This document shows, piece after piece, positions 61,239 to 64,000 of a stretch of DNA of 64,000 bases. The stretch's first letter is position 1. Each line of letters starts with the position of its first letter. The position numbers were made by a program, and so were the translations under genes. Under the pieces are notes generated by a model, which was given only the letters and a program-made list of their open reading frames with translations, searched no databases and was not told the DNA's origin. Source of the DNA: Candidatus Xenobia bacterium (GTDB lineage Bacteria; Vulcanimicrobiota; Xenobia; Xenobiales; QWHO01); the NCBI GenBank assembly GCA_045863235.1, contig BTUM01000030.1, positions 17,543 to 81,542 of the forward strand, given 5' to 3'.

Positions 61239-62902
61239 CCGACGATCTCTGTTTGATCTTCGTGGCCGCCGTGGTGGGCGGCTTGATTGCCCGTGCGGTA
61301 CGTGCCCCCCTGGTGCTCGGCTACATCCTGGCGGGACTGCTCGTCAGCCCCCACACTCCCGGCCCCAAGGTGCTCGAGCTCGAGCAGATCGATGACCTGG
61401 CGGAGATGGGCGTGGCCCTGTTGATGTTTGGCATCGGCCTTGAGTTCTCGCTCTCGCGCCTGAGCGATCTGAAGAAGGTCGCCCTCTATGGCACGGCACT
61501 GCAGATGGCTCTGACGGCGCTGGTGGGCATGCTGTTGATCCGATTGCTGGAATACAGCTGGACCGAGGGGCTGTGGGTGGGAGCCGCCCTCTCGCTGTCG
61601 AGCACCATGGTGGCCCTCAAGGTGCTGCAGGCTCAGGGTTACCAGGATGCTCTGTCGGGTCGCATCATGCTGGCCATGCTGGTGGTGCAGGACCTGGCCA
61701 TCATCCCCATCATGATCCTGCTCCCCCAATTGGGAGACCTGACCTCGGGCATGTGGAGCGTGCTCCGCCTGCTCGTGCGAGGAACCCTGATGATCGGCGT
61801 GGTCTGGTTGCTGGGGCGCAAGTTGCTGCCGCGGCTTTTCACGCTGGTCGCCAGCCACTCTCCGCGCGAGCTCTTCACGTTGCTGGTGGTGGCGGTTGGC
61901 CTCGGGGTTGGCTACGCCAGCTATGTGGCCGGTCTGTCCTTTGCCTTCGGGGCCTTTCTGGCCGGACTGGTGCTGAGCGAGTCGGACTACAGCCATCACG
62001 TTCTCAACGAGGTGGGCCCCCTGCGCGACCTTTTCGGAATGCTGTTCTTCGTTTCAGTGGGACTGCTGATCAATCCCCAGGTCGTGGTCGAGAACCTGGA
62101 CATCATTCTGGCGCTCGTCCTGTTCACCATCCTGGCCAAAGCCTTCATCTTCGCCTGGGTGACCCGCCTGTTTGGCTATCGCAATATCGTGCCCTTCGCC
62201 GTGGGTCTGACCCTCTGCCAGATCGGCGAATTCTCTTTTGTGCTTGCGCAGGTCGGCCAGCGCACGGGCAATCTGTCCACCGAGCTCTACAACCTGGTGA
62301 TGGTGACGGCCGTGTTGACCATGGTGGTCACCCCGGCCACCTCGTCCACGGCTCCGCGGGTTCGCAGAATCTGGTCGCGCTGGTTCCCCCCCCGGCATCC
62401 TTCGCACGCGCAGGATGAATCGCTGACGCCGGAGGGCCTGGCGGGTCACGTGTTGATCGGGGGCTACGGACGGGTGGGACGCGTGCTGGCCCACGCTTTG
62501 AGCAAAGCAGGCGTGCCCTTTCTGGCCGTGGATCCGAATCCCAACGTGGTCTTGCGGGCCCGGGCAGCGGGCCATCCGATCTTGCTGGGAGATCTGAGCG
62601 CCGATACCATTCTGGAGGTTGCCCAGGCGCAGAAGGCACGCCTGGTCATGCTGACTCTCACCGATCCGGTGGCCTCGGTGCGCTCGGCCGAGTCCATTCG
62701 CAAGCTTCGGCCTGAGATTCCCGTGCTGGCCCGGGCCGTCTCCAACCAGCACCGACTGGACCTGCTCGCGCACGGAGCCAGGATGGCCCTCTGGCCCGAG
62801 CTGGAGACCGGTCTGGAGTTGACCCGCCGAGGCCTGATCACGCTCGAGCTGGAGTCCGACGCAGACGAGCTGCGCAGCGAGTTGGAGGAGGGTGCGGAAT
62901 GA
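61229..62902 (+). CDS. CPA2-family cation:proton antiporter with KTN domain
   Basis: LLMFGIGLEFS, LSSTMV, LVVQDL, GAFLAG, QIGEFSFV and GYGRVG. Confidence 0.92.
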   Translation: MGLTDDLCLIFVAAVVGGLIARAVRAPLVLGYILAGLLVSPHTPGPKVLELEQIDDLAEMGVALLMFGIGLEFSLSRLSDLKKVALYGTALQMALTALVGMLLIRLLEYSWTEGLWVGAALSLSSTMVALKVLQAQGYQDALSGRIMLAMLVVQDLAIIPIMILLPQLGDLTSGMWSVLRLLVRGTLMIGVVWLLGRKLLPRLFTLVASHSPRELFTLLVVAVGLGVGYASYVAGLSFAFGAFLAGLVLSESDYSHHVLNEVGPLRDLFGMLFFVSVGLLINPQVVVENLDIILALVLFTILAKAFIFAWVTRLFGYRNIVPFAVGLTLCQIGEFSFVLAQVGQRTGNLSTELYNLVMVTAVLTMVVTPATSSTAPRVRRIWSRWFPPRHPSHAQDESLTPEGLAGHVLIGGYGRVGRVLAHALSKAGVPFLAVDPNPNVVLRARAAGHPILLGDLSADTILEVAQAQKARLVMLTLTDPVASVRSAESIRKLRPEIPVLARAVSNQHRLDLLAHGARMALWPELETGLELTRRGLITLELESDADELRSELEEGAE

Positions 62903-63921
62903 CCTCCACCCCGTTCCAGCGCCTCCGGTTTACCGTCGGACTGGCCGTCCTGCTTCTGTGCGTCGGGGTTCTGGGCTTTCACTTCATCGGCGGGCTCGGG
63001 CCCCTCGATGCCCTCTACATGGCCGTCACCACCATGAGCACGGTGGGCTACCGCGAGGTGGGCGGTGAGCCTGATACCGCCACGAAGCTCTTCACCATCT
63101 TCTTCATCCTGTCCGGGGTTGGCGTCCTGTTCTACGCCGCCTCGGTGGTCATGGAAGTGGCCCTGGACGAGCGTACTCGCCACTTCTTTCGCATGCGCAC
63201 GAACACAAGAAAGGCAAGGGCAATGAACAATCATTCCATCATCTGCGGCCTGGGCCGGGTGGGACGGGCCGTGGCCGAAGAGCTGACCCGCTCCAACGAG
63301 GAGTTCGTCGTGGTGGACAACGATCCCGAGCGACTGGCTCTGGCCACCAATCGGGGTTGGACATGCATTCAGGGGGATGCCTCCGAGGATGCGACCCTGC
63401 ACCAGGTCAACGTCAGCTCGGCTCGAGCCCTGTTCGCCTGCGTGGACACCGACACCACCAACCTGTTCATCGTGATCTCGGCCAAAGGCGTGAATACCAA
63501 CCTGGAGGTCTCCGCCCGGGTGGTGGATGAGCGGAACCTGGACAAGTTTCGCCGGGCGGGCGCGAGCCACGTCTATTCCCCCTATTCGCTTCTGGGCCGC
63601 CGGATGGCCCGCAGCGTCACCCGGCCCCGGGCCATGGAGCTGCTGGACCTGGCTCTGGAGCAGACTGGCTACGACCTGACCGTGGATGAATGCCGCATCC
63701 CGGAGGGCTCCCGAATCGACGGTATCTCCCTGGCCGATTCTGAGTTTCGCAACAAGACGGGCTGCGTCATCCTGGCCATCATTCGCTCCAGCGGGGAGAT
63801 CTTTCACAATCCATTGCCCAGCGCCAAGCTTAATATCGGTGATGTTTTGGTGACCCTGGGAACTCCGCAGCAGATCGAAAGGGCTCGCATCGAGTTGGCC
63901 CCAGGTCCACGACCCAAGTAG
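62899..63921 (+). CDS. Potassium channel with TrkA-N/TrkA-C domains
   Basis: Selectivity filter TMSTVGY, GLGRVG, GDA and a C-terminal TrkA-C domain. Confidence 0.93.
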   Translation: MTSTPFQRLRFTVGLAVLLLCVGVLGFHFIGGLGPLDALYMAVTTMSTVGYREVGGEPDTATKLFTIFFILSGVGVLFYAASVVMEVALDERTRHFFRMRTNTRKARAMNNHSIICGLGRVGRAVAEELTRSNEEFVVVDNDPERLALATNRGWTCIQGDASEDATLHQVNVSSARALFACVDTDTTNLFIVISAKGVNTNLEVSARVVDERNLDKFRRAGASHVYSPYSLLGRRMARSVTRPRAMELLDLALEQTGYDLTVDECRIPEGSRIDGISLADSEFRNKTGCVILAIIRSSGEIFHNPLPSAKLNIGDVLVTLGTPQQIERARIELAPGPRPK

Positions 63922-63946
63922 GAAGCTGCCGGGCGGCGTAGTAATT

Positions 63947-64000
63947 GCAAGCGAAGCGCGCAGCGAGCTTGCGAGCGTAGTCCAGGTGCAAGCGAAGCGC
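63947..64000. repeat. Short GCAAGCGAAGCGC direct repeats at window edge
   Basis: The 13-mer occurs at 63947 and 63988; truncated by the window end. Confidence 0.45.

Overview
A GC-rich bacterial chromosomal window (about 65-70% GC by eye), densely coding, with no rRNA, tRNA, CRISPR array, integrase or transposase that I can support. The ftsQ-DUF881-sbp arrangement, carD and the gene content suggest a Terrabacteria lineage, possibly Eremiobacterota (tentative inference). Housekeeping genes include dacB, truD, ftsQ, aspartate kinase, dapA, aroA/E/K/B/Q, truB, hisC, carD, holA, mtnA and two K+/cation transport genes. They are interspersed with TPR/Sel1 proteins, two-component genes and an extra sigma-70 factor. 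The best candidates for undescribed biology are: (1) a locus at about 35.9-47.2 kb with PilC, three minor pilins, a receptor-topology Ser/Thr kinase, a secreted protein with a FrpC-type self-processing module (Ser-Pro instead of Asp-Pro), an FHA-FHA class III cyclase with non-canonical specificity residues, and a ~50-bp non-coding element repeated at 41848 and 45579; (2) an HTH-DUF559-like nuclease gene followed directly by a modular palindromic REP-like array (20265-20649); (3) an orphan, degenerate SspC/BrxC-like ATPase beside a stand-alone sigma-70 region 1.1 mini-protein; (4) a recurring 11-bp-period TGAAA-N6-TGA(T/A/G)A upstream motif. All family calls come from motifs recognised by eye. 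No database searches were run.
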